The notes under the pieces are model-generated. The model had not been told where the DNA came from. It saw only the letters and a list, made by a program, of their open reading frames with translations, and did no database searches. Shown one piece after another: positions 1 to 11,368 of a stretch of 64,000 nt of DNA; position 1 is the stretch's first letter, and the number at the start of each line of letters is the position of its first letter. This stretch comes from Deltaproteobacteria bacterium (lineage in GTDB: Bacteria; UBA10199; JACPAL01; JAHFST01), in NCBI GenBank assembly GCA_023265625.1, contig JAHFST010000011.1:36137-100136 (forward strand), written 5' to 3'. Made by a program: the position numbers and the translations under genes.

Positions 1-333
1 ATTAGAAAAGGTGGGCTGCGCGCCGTAATATTGCAACGTAAGTTGGAAGAGAAATTGTGGCTTTTGGAGAATCTTGATTGGCAGACACCGAAGACAAAAT
101 TGGCGGCGCAGTTTTTTGCCGGAGCCAAAATTACGAGCGGCTTAGTGGTGGTTGAGGGTACGGATCAGATGGCCGAGCGCGCCATTCGTAATTTAGCGCG
201 TTTTGCCGTGCGTCGTTGGGAAGACGTGAGTGTGGCCGATATTCTTAAGTATGAGAATCTCATCTTGACGCAGGGGGCTTATCAGCAATTGACCCGACGT
301 TTAGTGCAAGGTGAAAAGGAGCGTGTGGCATGA
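1..333 (+). CDS. rplD: 50S ribosomal protein L4, 5'-truncated by window edge
   Basis: Frame open from base 1; PKTK and RNL...DILKYENLILT C-terminal L4 motifs; lies directly upstream of rplW. Confidence 0.9.
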   Translation: MRKGGLRAVILQRKLEEKLWLLENLDWQTPKTKLAAQFFAGAKITSGLVVVEGTDQMAERAIRNLARFAVRRWEDVSVADILKYENLILTQGAYQQLTRRLVQGEKERVA

Positions 334-617
334 GGGCTATGGATGTTGTGAGGCGTCCTGTCATTACGGAAAAGGCCATGGCGTCTCGGGAACTGAGCAA
401 TCGCTATGTTTTTGAGGTGGCGGTGGCTGCCTCCAAGCCGGTGATTCGCAAGGCTGTGGAAGAATTATTTAAGGTGAAAGTCGCAACGGTGCACACTTTG
501 ATTCAGCATGGGCGTTTTCGTAGAATGGGAAAAAATCGCACGAGGATTGCCAATTGGAAAAAAGCCGTGGTGACCTTGGAGGCGGGACAAAAGATTGAAA
601 TGTTGGAGACGAAATAA
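330..617 (+). CDS. rplW: 50S ribosomal protein L23
   Basis: RPVITEKA...WKKAVVTL; S10 operon order. Confidence 0.97.
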   Translation: MRAMDVVRRPVITEKAMASRELSNRYVFEVAVAASKPVIRKAVEELFKVKVATVHTLIQHGRFRRMGKNRTRIANWKKAVVTLEAGQKIEMLETK

Positions 618-619
618 TT

Positions 620-1450
620 ATGCCAGTTAAAAATTACCAACCTTTTACTCCGACACGACGCTATCTGACGACCCTGGATTATTCAGGTTTGAGTAAGCAG
701 GGCCCGGAACGTAAGTTGTTGCGTCCGATGCCCAAAAGCGGCGGGCGTAACAATCGAGGGCGTGTCACGGCCCGGTTCATTGGCGGTGGTCACAAGCAGC
801 GGTATCGCGTGATTGATTTTAAGCGCAACAAATGGGGCATTCCTGGTCGTGTGGAGACCTTGGAGTATGATCCAAATCGAACGGCGTTTATCGCGTTGGT
901 GGTTTATAGCGATGGAGAGCGCCGTTATATTTTGGCCCCGATTGGTTTGCGCGTGAACGACGATGTGATTGCGGCCCAAGAGGCGGATATTCGTCCGGGT
1001 AACCATTTGCCGCTGCGTCATATCCCGCTGGGCACGGAAATTCACAATGTCGAACTTTATAAGGGCCGGGGTGGGCAGATGGTGCGTAGCGCTGGCAGCA
1101 TGGCGCAGTTGGTGGCCAAGGAGGGCACGCATGCTCAGATCCGCCTCCCCTCTGGTGAAGTGAGGGTGGTTAATCTTGATTGTTCGGCGACGATTGGGCA
1201 GGTCTCAAATCCGGATAATTTTAACATCACCATGGGTAAGGCCGGCCGGACTCGTTGGGCGGGTCGACTGCCTCGCCAACGCGGTGTTTCGATGAACCCG
1301 GTGGATCATCCGCATGGCGGTGGTGAAGGAAAATCGAAGGGTGGCAATCATCCTGTGTCGATTTGGGGAACTCCGGCTAAGGGTTACAAGACTAGACATA
1401 ATAAACGTACGGATCGTTTCATTGTGAAAGATCGTCGGGCAAAAATTTAG
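620..1450 (+). CDS. rplB: 50S ribosomal protein L2
   Basis: [28 protein letters not shown] motifs. Confidence 0.99.
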   Translation: MPVKNYQPFTPTRRYLTTLDYSGLSKQGPERKLLRPMPKSGGRNNRGRVTARFIGGGHKQRYRVIDFKRNKWGIPGRVETLEYDPNRTAFIALVVYSDGERRYILAPIGLRVNDDVIAAQEADIRPGNHLPLRHIPLGTEIHNVELYKGRGGQMVRSAGSMAQLVAKEGTHAQIRLPSGEVRVVNLDCSATIGQVSNPDNFNITMGKAGRTRWAGRLPRQRGVSMNPVDHPHGGGEGKSKGGNHPVSIWGTPAKGYKTRHNKRTDRFIVKDRRAKI

Positions 1451-1459
1451 GAACTGACT

Positions 1460-1801
1460 ATGGCGAGATCTATTAAAAAAGGGCCGTTTGTCGATAAGCA
1501 TCTGAGTGAAAAGGTTGAGGCGTCACGCGGTAATCAGAGCCGCAAGGTGATCAAGACTTGGTCGCGACGCTCCACCATTACGCCTGATTTTGTCGGGTTA
1601 ACCTTTGCGGTGCATAATGGGCGTAAGTTTATTCCGGTGTTTGTGAATGAAAATATGGTGGGACACAAATTGGGAGAGTTTTCTCCGACACGTTTATTCA
1701 AGGGGCATTCCGGCATTCGCAAGGCGGAGACTCCAGGTGGAGCGCCCGGTGGAGCGCCTGGAGCCGCACCAGCAGCGGCCCCGGCCGCCAAGGCGGGATA
1801 A
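1460..1801 (+). CDS. rpsS: 30S ribosomal protein S19 with Ala/Pro/Gly-rich tail
   Basis: [31 protein letters not shown]. Confidence 0.98.
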   Translation: MARSIKKGPFVDKHLSEKVEASRGNQSRKVIKTWSRRSTITPDFVGLTFAVHNGRKFIPVFVNENMVGHKLGEFSPTRLFKGHSGIRKAETPGGAPGGAPGAAPAAAPAAKAG

Positions 1802-1804
1802 TTT

Positions 1805-2158
1805 ATGGCAGAGGTTAAAGCAAAGTTGCGTTATTTGAGGGTGTCACCGCGTAAGGTTAGACGCGTGGTGGATACCATCCGTGGTCGCAAGGTGGAGGAG
1901 GCGCTTGATATCCTTAACTTCACCACCATGGCCTCAGCGCCGGATCTTTCTAAGTTGATCCGTTCCGCGTTGGCCAATGCGGGTCAGCGGGGCGGCATGG
2001 ATGTGGATCAGCTCTATCTGAAATCGATTTGGGTCAGTGTTGGACCCATTATTAAGCGGTATCTGGCAAGGGCTCGTGGCTCGGCCTCACGGATCAATAA
2101 GCGCACGAGTCACATCACCGTTGTGTTGGATGAAAAGCAATTAACGAAGTCTAGCTGA
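1805..2158 (+). CDS. rplV: 50S ribosomal protein L22
   Basis: [12 protein letters not shown]...KRTSHITV. Confidence 0.98.
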   Translation: MAEVKAKLRYLRVSPRKVRRVVDTIRGRKVEEALDILNFTTMASAPDLSKLIRSALANAGQRGGMDVDQLYLKSIWVSVGPIIKRYLARARGSASRINKRTSHITVVLDEKQLTKSS

Positions 2159-2168
2159 GGGAGCGCGG

Positions 2169-2840
2169 ATGGGACAGAAGACAAATCCAATTGGTTTTCG
2201 ACTTGGCATCACTCGGGCGGGGATTTCCCATTGGTATGCGCGTCGTGATTACGCAAAGTATGTGCGTGAAGACAATGACATTCGCATCCTCGTGAAAAAA
2301 CGCCTCTACCATGCGGGGGTGAGCCGCACCGAGATTGAGCGTCGAGGCAGCGGTGTGACGGTCAATATTTACACCGCGCGTCCGGGAATCGTGATCGGGA
2401 AAAAAGGCACGGGGATTGACGCCTTGAAGATTGAATTGAATCAGATGATGGCTAAAGAGATTAATGTGAACATTCATGAAGTGCGCAAGCCGGAATTGGA
2501 TGCCCAATTGGTCGCGGAAAACATCGCCCTCCAGCTCGAGCGTCGTATTGCGTTTCGTCGCGCGTTGAAAAAAGCGGTTCAATCAACGCTCAAGTTTGGG
2601 GCTTTGGGAATTAAAGTTCAATGTGGCGGTCGTTTGGGGGGGGCTGAAATTGCCCGATCTGAGTGGTATCGGGAAGGGCGAGTTCCGCTTCATACGTTGC
2701 GGGCGGATATTGATTACGGTGTCGCTGAGGCGAATACGACATATGGAAAGATTGGCGTTAAGTGTTGGATTTATCGGGGAGAGGTTCTGGCCCCTCGGGC
2801 AGGGATAGCGCCGCAAAAGGTTGTTGGAGGTCAAGCTTAG
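2169..2840 (+). CDS. rpsC: 30S ribosomal protein S3
   Basis: [37 protein letters not shown]. Confidence 0.99.
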   Translation: MGQKTNPIGFRLGITRAGISHWYARRDYAKYVREDNDIRILVKKRLYHAGVSRTEIERRGSGVTVNIYTARPGIVIGKKGTGIDALKIELNQMMAKEINVNIHEVRKPELDAQLVAENIALQLERRIAFRRALKKAVQSTLKFGALGIKVQCGGRLGGAEIARSEWYREGRVPLHTLRADIDYGVAEANTTYGKIGVKCWIYRGEVLAPRAGIAPQKVVGGQA

Positions 2841-2841
2841 T

Positions 2842-3264
2842 ATGTTACAGCCGGCACGTACAAAATTTAGAAAGACTCACAAGGGGCGTAATCGTGGCAT
2901 GGCGACCCGGGGTTGTTTTTTGAATTTCGGGGAGTTTGGTTTGCAGGCCCTGACGCGAGGGACAGTGACGGCGCGTCAGATTGAGGCCTGTCGTCTGTCC
3001 ATGGCGCGTCTTTTGAAAAAGGGTGGCAAGGTGTTTGTCCGCTTTTTCCCCGATAAGCCGATCACCAAGAAGCCTCTCGAGACCCGGCAAGGAAAAGGTA
3101 AGGGGCCGGTTGAAGCGTGGGGTGCGGTGATCAAGCCGGGTCGTGTCTTGTTTGAAATTGGCGGCGTGGAAGAGGTGCTTGCCAAAGAAGCCTTAAAGCT
3201 GGCTTCCGATAAATTGTCGGTTAGGTCACAGATTGTCAGCCGGGAGAAATTTCGTGGAGCTTAA
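2842..3264 (+). CDS. rplP: 50S ribosomal protein L16
   Basis: [11 protein letters not shown] start (ATG 2842); [15 protein letters not shown]. Confidence 0.98.
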   Translation: MLQPARTKFRKTHKGRNRGMATRGCFLNFGEFGLQALTRGTVTARQIEACRLSMARLLKKGGKVFVRFFPDKPITKKPLETRQGKGKGPVEAWGAVIKPGRVLFEIGGVEEVLAKEALKLASDKLSVRSQIVSREKFRGA

Positions 3265-3457
3265 AGAAATTAGGACAAAGAAGGTGGATGAATTGGTCGT
3301 GCTTGAAGAGAAGTTGCGGCAGGACCTGAGTGGTCTTCATTTAAAGAAGATAACGGGCAATTTGACCGATACGACTTCGATGCGTAAAGTACGAAAAAAC
3401 ATTGCTCGTGTTCTAACGATTAAGGGAGAGATGTTGCGGAAGGGTGAAAAAGTATGA
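3254..3457 (+). CDS. rpmC: 50S ribosomal protein L29
   Basis: Probable GTG start at 3254; [12 protein letters not shown]; position between rplP and rpsQ. Confidence 0.93.
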   Translation: MELKEIRTKKVDELVVLEEKLRQDLSGLHLKKITGNLTDTTSMRKVRKNIARVLTIKGEMLRKGEKV

Positions 3458-3720
3458 ACAAACGTAGAATTAAAAAAAGCAAGGTAGGTCGTGTTATCTC
3501 TCACGCGATGAATAAGACGGCGGTGGTAGAGTCCAGTCGCCTGGTGCACCACGGCCAATTTAAAAAATATGTCAAGAGCTCGAAGATTTATAAAGTTCAT
3601 GATGAAAAAAATGAGTGCAAAGTAGGTGATAGGGTCATTATTCTCGAGATGCGGCCACTTTCCAAGACTAAGTCTTGGCGGGTTGATAAGATTTTAGAAC
3701 GTCGGGAGGCGTTGCAATGA
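3454..3720 (+). CDS. rpsQ: 30S ribosomal protein S17
   Basis: [20 protein letters not shown]. Confidence 0.97.
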   Translation: MNKRRIKKSKVGRVISHAMNKTAVVESSRLVHHGQFKKYVKSSKIYKVHDEKNECKVGDRVIILEMRPLSKTKSWRVDKILERREALQ

Positions 3721-4085
3721 TTCAACCCTTTACTATGTGTCGTTCCGCAGACAATTCCGGTGCGCGTAAGCTGATGTGCATTCGCGTGCTGGGTGGGACA
3801 CGCAGACGTTATGCATCGATTGGCGATGTCATTGTGGTAGCGGTTAAGGAGGCTTTGCCTGATTCGAAGGTTAAAAAAGGTGATGTCAAAAAAGCGGTTA
3901 TTGTCCGGACGACTAAAGAGATTCGGCGCCAGGATGGCACGTATATAAAATTTGACGAGAATTCGGTGGTATTGATTGACCAGGCGGGAGAGCCTTTAGG
4001 GACGCGTATCTTTGGGCCGGTGGCTCGTGAATTGAGGGCCAAGCGGTTTGGTAAAATTATTTCGTTGGCACCAGAGGTTTTATGA
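3717..4085 (+). CDS. rplN: 50S ribosomal protein L14
   Basis: [26 protein letters not shown]. Confidence 0.99.
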   Translation: MIQPFTMCRSADNSGARKLMCIRVLGGTRRRYASIGDVIVVAVKEALPDSKVKKGDVKKAVIVRTTKEIRRQDGTYIKFDENSVVLIDQAGEPLGTRIFGPVARELRAKRFGKIISLAPEVL

Positions 4086-4393
4086 GAATTAAGAAAAATG
4101 ATACCGTCATTGTGATCTCAGGACGTTCCAAGGGTAAGATTGGGAAGGTGTTGAGCGTGGTGAGGGAGAGCGAGCGGGCCTTTGTTGAGAAGGTCAATAT
4201 GGTGAAACGCCATCAGAAGCCGACCCAGCAAAATCGTCAGGGCGGGATTGTGGAGAAAGAGGCCTCGATTCATCTCTCCAATTTAATGTTACTGGATCCT
4301 AAAGATAAAAAGCCGACGCGGATTAGTTATAAAATTGCAAAAGATGGTTCAAAAAATCGAGTTTCAAAGCGATCTGGTGAGGTAATCAAATAA
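4082..4393 (+). CDS. rplX: 50S ribosomal protein L24
   Basis: KOW motif; [14 protein letters not shown]. Confidence 0.97.
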   Translation: MRIKKNDTVIVISGRSKGKIGKVLSVVRESERAFVEKVNMVKRHQKPTQQNRQGGIVEKEASIHLSNLMLLDPKDKKPTRISYKIAKDGSKNRVSKRSGEVIK

Positions 4394-4926
4394 TGTCTTA
4401 CGAAGCTATCTATAAACAGAAGAGTGCCGATTTGGCAAAAGAACTTGGGATTAAAAATCCGATGCGTTTGCCCCGCTTGAGCAAGATTGTTGTTTCAAGC
4501 TGCGTGAAGGACGTGACGCAAGATTCCAAGGTGCTCGACAAGGTAGCGGAAGAAGTGGGTGTTATTACCGGTCAGAAACCTTTGATCACCAAGGCCAAGA
4601 AGTCGATCGCCAATTTTAAGCTGCGTGAAGGCATGTCGATTGGTTGCAAGGTGACGTTGCGTCGCAAGATGATGTATGAGTTTCTCAACCGCTTGGTCAA
4701 CCTGTCGATGCCTCGGATGCGCGATTTTCATGGCATTCCAAGCAAGGGTTTTGACGGACGCGGCAATTACACCTTGGGTGTAACCGAGCAGATTATTTTT
4801 CCAGAGATCAACTTTGATAAGATCGACAAAGTCCGTGGGATGAATGTTACTTTTGTGACCACGGCGCGGACTGACCAGGAGGCGAAGGCCTTGCTCAAGG
4901 TTTTAGGAATGCCGTTTAGTGCTTGA
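4393..4926 (+). CDS. rplE: 50S ribosomal protein L5
   Basis: [30 protein letters not shown]. Confidence 0.99.
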   Translation: MSYEAIYKQKSADLAKELGIKNPMRLPRLSKIVVSSCVKDVTQDSKVLDKVAEEVGVITGQKPLITKAKKSIANFKLREGMSIGCKVTLRRKMMYEFLNRLVNLSMPRMRDFHGIPSKGFDGRGNYTLGVTEQIIFPEINFDKIDKVRGMNVTFVTTARTDQEAKALLKVLGMPFSA

Positions 4927-4940
4927 AAGGATTTTTTTAT

Positions 4941-5126
4941 ATGGCCAAAAAGTCGTTAATGTTGAAGGCGCTCAAGACACCAAAATTTAAGGTGAGGGGC
5001 TACAATCGTTGTGGTTATTGCGGCCGGCCGCGCGCCTTTTTGCGCCGCTTTGGGATGTGCCGGCTTTGTTTCCGCAAAAAAGCCCTGTTTGGTGAATTAC
5101 CGGGAATCATGAAGGCTAGTTGGTAA
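4941..5126 (+). CDS. rpsZ: 30S ribosomal protein S14, short zinc-binding (type Z) form
   Basis: MAKKS start; CxxC...CRLC zinc motif; 61 aa. Confidence 0.95.
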   Translation: MAKKSLMLKALKTPKFKVRGYNRCGYCGRPRAFLRRFGMCRLCFRKKALFGELPGIMKASW

Positions 5127-5141
5127 AAAGTGGAGATTTAA

Positions 5142-5546
5142 ATGACAGATCCGATCGCAGACTTGTTGACTAGGATTCGTAACGCGTTGAAGGCTCGACA
5201 TGCCGAGGTGGCGGTGCCTCATTCCAATTTGAAGCATGAGATTGTTCGCATCCTTTACCAAGAAGGTTTGGTGACGGGTTATCGCTTGGCGGAGAGTGAA
5301 GAGGGAGAGGGGCACGGTAAGGTCATCTGTATTGCCTTAAAGTATGCCAAAGATAAGCAGCCCGTGATTGAGAGATTGAGACGTTATAGCCGTCCCGGGC
5401 TTCGCACGTATGTTGGTTATAAGGAGTTACGTCCGGTTCGTAACGGAATGGGACTCATGATTCTTTCGACCCCAAAAGGGGTACTCACCGATACGCAGGC
5501 GAGGCAGCAAAAAGTCGGTGGGGAAGCACTTTGTACTATCTGGTAA
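5142..5546 (+). CDS. rpsH: 30S ribosomal protein S8
   Basis: MTDPIADLLTRIRNA, SRPGLRTY, GGEALC. Confidence 0.99.
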   Translation: MTDPIADLLTRIRNALKARHAEVAVPHSNLKHEIVRILYQEGLVTGYRLAESEEGEGHGKVICIALKYAKDKQPVIERLRRYSRPGLRTYVGYKELRPVRNGMGLMILSTPKGVLTDTQARQQKVGGEALCTIW

Positions 5547-5557
5547 GGGAGTAATTT

Positions 5558-6112
5558 ATGTCACGTGTGGGAAAAATGCCAATTTTAGTTCCTGACAAGG
5601 TCAAGGTTGACCTCAAGGGGGAAGCCTGTTCAGTGACCGGTCCGCTGGGGACATTGAAGCTCAGCGTTGATCCATTGATCGAGGTCAAGGTGGTGGATGG
5701 AAAGATCCTCCTCACAGAACGCGCCCCTTCCAATCTTTCAAACGCACGTCATGGTCTGATGCGCAACTTGATTCAAAATATGGTCACTGGGGTCAGTCAG
5801 GGTTTTAAAAGAGATTTGGAAATTAACGGCGTCGGTTATCGGGCTGAAGTGAAGGGGAGTTCTTTGGTTTTGAGTCTCGGTTTTTCCCATCCCATCGACT
5901 TTCCGATTCCTCAAGGGATCAAGATTGCGGTGGAGAAGCAAGTGCGTTTGAGCATTTCCGGCGCTTCTAAGGCTGTGGTGGGCGAGGTGGCCGCGCAAAT
6001 TCGCAAAATGAAAATGCCGGAACCTTACAAAGGTAAAGGCATTAAATATACCGAAGAGGTTATTATTCGCAAAGTTGGTAAGGCCGCTGCCGGGGCAGGG
6101 GGAGGTAAGTAA
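5558..6112 (+). CDS. rplF: 50S ribosomal protein L6
   Basis: MSRVGKMPI, PEPYKGKGIKY. Confidence 0.99.
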   Translation: MSRVGKMPILVPDKVKVDLKGEACSVTGPLGTLKLSVDPLIEVKVVDGKILLTERAPSNLSNARHGLMRNLIQNMVTGVSQGFKRDLEINGVGYRAEVKGSSLVLSLGFSHPIDFPIPQGIKIAVEKQVRLSISGASKAVVGEVAAQIRKMKMPEPYKGKGIKYTEEVIIRKVGKAAAGAGGGK

Positions 6113-6474
6113 TGTTATCTAGCCAGAAAGTTGCCGCTCGTGTTCGGAGAAAAGCTCGTATTCGGAAAAAGATCGCCGGAACCGCCGAGCGACCCCGTCT
6201 TACGGTGTATCGTAGCCTGAAAAACTTTCATGCCCAGATTGTGGACGATTTGTCGGGGAAGACTTTGTTGGGTTCTTCCACTTTGGCGGAACCTTTTACC
6301 AATAAAAAGAACGCCGGCAATGTGAAGGGGGCCCATGAGTTGGGCATGATGGTTGCCAAGTTGGCGCTGACAAAGGATATCAAGCAGGTGGTGTTTGACC
6401 GGGGTGGTTTTGATTATCATGGTCGTGTGAAGGCCTTTGCCGATGGGGCTCGTGAGGGTGGTTTAAAATTCTAA
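6112..6474 (+). CDS. rplR: 50S ribosomal protein L18
   Basis: [29 protein letters not shown]. Confidence 0.98.
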   Translation: MLSSQKVAARVRRKARIRKKIAGTAERPRLTVYRSLKNFHAQIVDDLSGKTLLGSSTLAEPFTNKKNAGNVKGAHELGMMVAKLALTKDIKQVVFDRGGFDYHGRVKAFADGAREGGLKF

Positions 6475-6478
6475 AGGA

Positions 6479-6961
6479 GTGGTAATGCAAGAAGCAAGTC
6501 AGCTAATTGAAAAAATTATTCATATCTCCCGAGTCGCGAAGGTTGTGAAGGGGGGACGTCGCTTCAGCTTTTCCATTCTGGTGGTGGTCGGTGATGGACA
6601 AGGCAGTGTGGGGTTGGGACTCGGCAAGGCCAAGGAAGTTCCGGTGGCGATCAAGAAGGCCACCGATCAGGCCCGCAAAGAGATGGTCCAGGTTTCGTTA
6701 TTGGAAGGGTCGATCCCTCATGAGGTTTTGGGGCGTTTTGGTGCCGCCAAGGTGATCTTGAAGCCAGCCTCGGCCGGAACCGGAGTCATTGCGGGTGGTG
6801 CGGTACGTGCCGTGGTGGAAGCCGCCGGTGTCCATAATATTTTGACAAAATGTCTGGGGACTAACAACCCGCACAATGCGGCCAAGGCAACCTTGGATGC
6901 GTTACAATGCTTGCAGAGCCGTGAGGATTATGAGCGGTTGCGCAAGGTGGGGAATTTATAA
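6479..6961 (+). CDS. rpsE: 30S ribosomal protein S5
   Basis: [23 protein letters not shown]; start may be ATG 6485. Confidence 0.98.
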   Translation: MVMQEASQLIEKIIHISRVAKVVKGGRRFSFSILVVVGDGQGSVGLGLGKAKEVPVAIKKATDQARKEMVQVSLLEGSIPHEVLGRFGAAKVILKPASAGTGVIAGGAVRAVVEAAGVHNILTKCLGTNNPHNAAKATLDALQCLQSREDYERLRKVGNL

Positions 6962-6964
6962 TTT

Positions 6965-7414
6965 ATGAATCTAGGTTCATTACAAGCTCCTGTTGGGGCA
7001 AAAAAGAAGCGAAAACGAGTGGGTCGTGGTGAGGGTTCCGGACATGGTGGCACTTCATGCCGTGGACACAAGGGACAAAAGGCGCGGGCCGGTGGTTTTC
7101 ACAAGCGTGGTTTTGAGGGCGGTCAAACGCCTTTGATTCGGCGTATCCCAAAACGGGGATTTTTTAACCCGTTTCGTAGGCCTTCTGAAATGGTCAATGT
7201 GGGAGACTTTAAGGAATTAGCCAAGGGACAAGTGGTTGACCCATCCTTTCTCAAAGAATATGGTTTGATACGGGGACGCGGGAGTTTGAAAATTTTAGGA
7301 GATGGCGATCTGCAGGTGGCCTTGACGGTGAAGGCTCATTCTTTTTCTAAATCCGCAAAGCAAAAAATTGAGGCGGCTGGTGGGACGGCTGAGGTGTTAG
7401 GGGGCTCGTTGTAA
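6965..7414 (+). CDS. rplO: 50S ribosomal protein L15
   Basis: RVGRGEGSG, GFEGGQTPL.RR.PKRGF. Confidence 0.98.
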   Translation: MNLGSLQAPVGAKKKRKRVGRGEGSGHGGTSCRGHKGQKARAGGFHKRGFEGGQTPLIRRIPKRGFFNPFRRPSEMVNVGDFKELAKGQVVDPSFLKEYGLIRGRGSLKILGDGDLQVALTVKAHSFSKSAKQKIEAAGGTAEVLGGSL

Positions 7415-8722
7415 ATGGCCATTCCAGCTGTCGCCAATATTGCCAAGATTCCGGAACTTCGGAAGCGCTTGTTGTATACCCTTCTTCTGCTCGCAGTGGC
7501 TCGGATTGGTGTGTTTATCCCCACTCCTGGCATCCATGTGAGCGCCCTACAAAGACTGGTGAGAGGGCAGACCGTTTTCGATATCTTCAATCTCTTCTCG
7601 GGCGGGGCCTTAAGTAACTTCTCGATTTTTGCCCTGGGGATTATGCCCTACATCAGTGCTTCCATTATTATCCAGCTCTTGACGGTGGCCGTCCCCGCCT
7701 TGGAGAAGCTCTCGAAGGAAGGGGAACAGGGCCGAAAAATTATTACGCAATATACGCGATATGGGGCGGTGTTACTGGCCTTTATCCAAGGTTTTGGGAT
7801 CAGTTATGGTTTACAACAGCAAAAAGTGCTGCTGCCGGGGGTTGGCGGTATTTCCTATTATATCCTGACCATGCTTACCTTGGCCACGGGCACTTGCTTT
7901 ATCATGTGGTTGGGCGAACAAATTACCGAGCGGGGAGTAGGTAATGGGATCTCCTTGATTATTTTTGCGGGGATTGTGACGCACATCCCTCAAGGTTTTC
8001 GTGATGCGTGGGCCACGAAAGACCAATTTGCCGGGCTCTTTGGCTTCTTGCTCTTGCTGGGTTTTATTTTTGCCGTCATTAGCACGATTATTTTTTTTGA
8101 ACGTGCCCATCGGCGCATCCCGATTCAGTACGCCAAGCGGGTGGTGGGCCGAAAGGTTTATGCGGGACAAAGCACTCATCTTCCCCTGAAGCTAAATTCG
8201 GCGGGTGTTATTCCGCCTATCTTTGCGTCGTCCCTGATCCTATTCCCGGCGACGATTGCGCAGTTTGGCAATCATGCGGCCCTGAAGACGGTGGCCAATT
8301 TACTCAGTACCGGTTGGTTGCACACTACGCTCTATGTCAGCTTGATTGTGTTCTTCACATATTTTTATACGGCCGTGACCTTTAATCCGATGGATGTGGC
8401 CGACAATGTGCGTAAGCAGGGTGGATTTATTCCTGGGATTAGGCCCGGTCAGAGCACCTCGGAATACATTGATCGCATTTTATCTCGGATCACCCTGGGA
8501 GGTGCTATTTACCTCGCGGGTGTTTGTGTCCTGCCGGAGATATTGACCAAGCAGTTTGGCATCCCTTCTTCGTTGGCCTCCACGTTTGGTGGCACCTCGC
8601 TCTTGATTGTGGTGGGGGTTGCGATTGATACCCTCTCGCAAATCGAGGCGCATCTCATGACGCGCAATTACGAAGGATTATTGGGTGAAGGGAAGGGCCG
8701 GTTTCGCGGGAGGCGGGGTTGA
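7415..8722 (+). CDS. secY: Preprotein translocase subunit SecY
   Basis: [43 protein letters not shown]. Confidence 0.99.
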   Translation: MAIPAVANIAKIPELRKRLLYTLLLLAVARIGVFIPTPGIHVSALQRLVRGQTVFDIFNLFSGGALSNFSIFALGIMPYISASIIIQLLTVAVPALEKLSKEGEQGRKIITQYTRYGAVLLAFIQGFGISYGLQQQKVLLPGVGGISYYILTMLTLATGTCFIMWLGEQITERGVGNGISLIIFAGIVTHIPQGFRDAWATKDQFAGLFGFLLLLGFIFAVISTIIFFERAHRRIPIQYAKRVVGRKVYAGQSTHLPLKLNSAGVIPPIFASSLILFPATIAQFGNHAALKTVANLLSTGWLHTTLYVSLIVFFTYFYTAVTFNPMDVADNVRKQGGFIPGIRPGQSTSEYIDRILSRITLGGAIYLAGVCVLPEILTKQFGIPSSLASTFGGTSLLIVVGVAIDTLSQIEAHLMTRNYEGLLGEGKGRFRGRRG

Positions 8723-9273
8723 ATCTCATCCTGTTAGGACCTCCCGGGGCTGGTAAAGGGACCCAGGCGGTTCGCTTGGCTGGACAGTTGGGAGTGCCGC
8801 AAGTTTCCACCGGAGATATACTACGAGCGGCACGTAAGGCGCAGAGCCCGTTGGGTAAGGATGTGGAACGAATTATGTTGGCTGGGGGCTTGGTTCCCGA
8901 TGGAGTTGTCACCGAGCTGGTGAGGGAACGACTGAAGGAACAGGATGCCAAGAAGGGTTATATCTTGGACGGTTACCCGAGGACATTAGGACAGGCGCAG
9001 GCCTTGGATGAAATGCTCAGGGCCAGTGGATCTCGGATTGATCATGTCCTGAATTTACAGGTGGCGGAGTCTGAGTTGTTGAAGAGGCTCTTAGGACGCG
9101 GCAGGGAAGACGATAATGCCGCGGTGATTCAGGGTCGTTTGCAGGTTTATCAGAAGGAGACGGCTCCGCTGATTGATTATTATGCGCGACAGGGTTTGTT
9201 GAGAAATATTGACGGTGTGGGCGAGCAAGATGACATTTTTAAGAGGCTCCTCGAGTCGAGCAGCGGTCGATGA
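8719..9273 (+). CDS. adk: Adenylate kinase, short (LID-less) type
   Basis: [22 protein letters not shown]; [10 protein letters not shown] indicates the short LID. Confidence 0.96.
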   Translation: MNLILLGPPGAGKGTQAVRLAGQLGVPQVSTGDILRAARKAQSPLGKDVERIMLAGGLVPDGVVTELVRERLKEQDAKKGYILDGYPRTLGQAQALDEMLRASGSRIDHVLNLQVAESELLKRLLGRGREDDNAAVIQGRLQVYQKETAPLIDYYARQGLLRNIDGVGEQDDIFKRLLESSSGR

Positions 9274-10016
9274 TCATCTTAAAATCGGCATCTGAGATTG
9301 ATACCATGCGGCGGGCCAGCCAGATTGTGGCGGAGGCCTTGGAGCGATTAAAAGAAGCGGTGGTGCCGGGCGTGACCACGTTAGATTTGGACCGGATTGC
9401 CGAGGAGTTGATTAGGAAGCGTCAGGCCAAACCGGCTTTTAAGGGGTACCGGGGTTATCGCCATACCCTCTGCACCTCGGTGAATGAGGAAGTGGTGCAT
9501 GGGATCCCTTCGCAGCGTGTTTTAGTCGAAGGCGATATTGTCGGCGTTGATTGCGGCGCGATTGTGGATGGATTTTACGGAGATGCGGCCCGTAGTTTGG
9601 GGGTGGGTAAGATTGACCCAGAGTCGCAGCGCTTGATGGATGTAACCCGCGAGTCGTTGGATTGCGGCATCGCCCAGATGAAGGTGGGACAGCGTTTGCA
9701 TGATATTTCTTGGGCGGTGCAAGAGCATGTGGAGCGGGCTGGTTACACGGTGGTGCGGGATTTTGTCGGGCATGGCATCGGTCGGCAGCTTCATGAAGAG
9801 CCGCAGGTGCCAAATTTTGGCACACCGGGTACGGGGATGCGGTTGGTCGTGGGATTGGTTTTGGCCATTGAACCGATGGTGAATGTGGGGATGCCTGAGG
9901 TGGAGGTATTAGCGGATGGGTGGACCGCGGTGACTCGGGATCGAAAAAGATCGGCTCACTTTGAACATACGATTGCGATTACCGAACAGGGGACGGAGAT
10001 TTTGAGCCGTATTTAG
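9270..10016 (+). CDS. map: Methionine aminopeptidase type I
   Basis: [30 protein letters not shown]. Confidence 0.98.
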   Translation: MIILKSASEIDTMRRASQIVAEALERLKEAVVPGVTTLDLDRIAEELIRKRQAKPAFKGYRGYRHTLCTSVNEEVVHGIPSQRVLVEGDIVGVDCGAIVDGFYGDAARSLGVGKIDPESQRLMDVTRESLDCGIAQMKVGQRLHDISWAVQEHVERAGYTVVRDFVGHGIGRQLHEEPQVPNFGTPGTGMRLVVGLVLAIEPMVNVGMPEVEVLADGWTAVTRDRKRSAHFEHTIAITEQGTEILSRI

Positions 10017-10018
10017 TT

Positions 10019-10237
10019 ATGGCAAAAGAAGAGGCAATAGAGGTAGAAGGCGTCGTCGTTGAGCCCTTGTCGAATGCGATGTTTCGGGTGGAATTAGACA
10101 ATGGTCGCAAGGTGTTGGCGCATGTTTCAGGAAAAATGCGGGTGCATTTTATAAAAATTTTGCCGGGGGATCGAGTCAAGGTTGAGTTATCCCCCTACGA
10201 TTTAACGAGGGGTAGAATTACCTTTCGATCCAAGTAG
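10019..10237 (+). CDS. infA: Translation initiation factor IF-1
   Basis: MAKEEAIE...[13 protein letters not shown]. Confidence 0.99.
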   Translation: MAKEEAIEVEGVVVEPLSNAMFRVELDNGRKVLAHVSGKMRVHFIKILPGDRVKVELSPYDLTRGRITFRSK

Positions 10238-10259
10238 GGGCGACCCGGTGGGTCGCCCT
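10234..10259 (+). repeat. GTAG-type REP-like palindrome, identical to 34476-34501
   Basis: GTAG-GGGCGACCC-GGT-GGGTCGCCC-T hairpin. Confidence 0.85.
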
Positions 10260-10275
10260 CATAAGGGAGTGAATT

Positions 10276-10389
10276 ATGAAAGTCAGATCGTCTGTTAAAA
10301 AGATATGTATGAAGTGTAAGATCATCAAGCGGAAAGGGGTTATCCGCGCGATTTGCTCGAACCCCAAGCATAAACAAAAGCAGGGTTAA
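10276..10389 (+). CDS. rpmJ: 50S ribosomal protein L36 (not in ORF track)
   Basis: Manual translation [37 protein letters not shown]. Confidence 0.97.
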   Translation: MKVRSSVKKICMKCKIIKRKGVIRAICSNPKHKQKQG

Positions 10390-10409
10390 CGATTTAACAA
10401 GAGGTTTTT

Positions 10410-10796
10410 ATGCCACGCATTGCGGGTGTTGATATTCCGAATAAGAAAAGGATGGAGGTCGCGCTTACCTATATTTATGGGGTCGGCTTGACCACTTCAC
10501 GGAAGGTTTTGGCCACCATTAAGATTGATCCGAATCTGCGCAGTGATCAGATCAGCGATCAGCAACTGGCCAAGATCCAGGATGAACTGGAAAACAACTA
10601 CAAGGTGGAAGGCGATCTGCGCAAGGTTGTGAACATGGATATCAAGCGGATGATTGATTTAGGGGCCTATCGCGGGTTACGGCATAAGAATAAATTGCCG
10701 GTGCGAGGTCAGCGGACCCATACCAATGCCCGTACCCGAAAGAATAAACCAAGGATCGCGGTGGCCGGCAAGAAGAAGGCCCCAACGAGTAAATAG
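10410..10796 (+). CDS. rpsM: 30S ribosomal protein S13
   Basis: MPRIAGVDIP, YRGLRH..LPVRGQRTHTNARTRK. Confidence 0.99.
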   Translation: MPRIAGVDIPNKKRMEVALTYIYGVGLTTSRKVLATIKIDPNLRSDQISDQQLAKIQDELENNYKVEGDLRKVVNMDIKRMIDLGAYRGLRHKNKLPVRGQRTHTNARTRKNKPRIAVAGKKKAPTSK

Positions 10797-10818
10797 TGGC
10801 ACCCATTAGGAGAATTTT

Positions 10819-11298
10819 ATGGCTAAGGAAACGGTAGGGACGGAGAAGAAGGCAGACAAGGCGGCAGCGAAGCCCGAGGTGGCGGTAGCGGCCTTGGAAG
10901 GGGCCCCTGAGGATGCCACCAAGAAACCAAAAAAGAAGAAATCACGGAAAAATATTGCGGTGGGAGTGGTGCATATCCATGCGTCGTTTAATAATACGTT
11001 GATTAGCATTACGGATCCGATGGGAAATGTCATTTCCTGGTCGTCGTCCGGGTCTCGCGGTTTCAAGGGGTCTCGTAAGAGCACGCCTTATGCCGCTCAG
11101 ATGGCCGCGGAAGATGCGGCCCGTAAGGCCCAAGAGCATGGTTTAAGAACGGTGACGGTGCTGATTAAAGGCCCAGGTTCAGGACGTGAGTCCGCCCTAC
11201 GTGCCTTGTCATCAACGGGAATCCGGGTGACAGCGATTCGCGATGTCACCCCCATTCCGCATAATGGATGCCGCCAGCCTAAGCGACGGCGTGTTTAA
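10819..11298 (+). CDS. rpsK: 30S ribosomal protein S11 with N-terminal extension
   Basis: [31 protein letters not shown]. Confidence 0.98.
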   Translation: MAKETVGTEKKADKAAAKPEVAVAALEGAPEDATKKPKKKKSRKNIAVGVVHIHASFNNTLISITDPMGNVISWSSSGSRGFKGSRKSTPYAAQMAAEDAARKAQEHGLRTVTVLIKGPGSGRESALRALSSTGIRVTAIRDVTPIPHNGCRQPKRRRV

Positions 11299-11300
11299 TC

Positions 11301-11355
11301 GTAGGGGCGAATCTTGTATTCGCCGAAACTGGGCGATCACAAGGATCGCCCGTAC
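11301..11355. repeat. Inverted doublet of GTAG-type REP-like palindromes (REPIN-like)
   Basis: GTAGGGGCGAATCTTGTATTCGCC ... GGGCGATCACAAGGATCGCCCGTAC between rpsK and rpsD. Confidence 0.75.
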
Positions 11356-11368
11356 ATAGGAGGTAGTA

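Noticed and set aside
8719-9273. LID-less adenylate kinase as a novelty
   Set aside because: Short-type adenylate kinases are well known in many bacteria.
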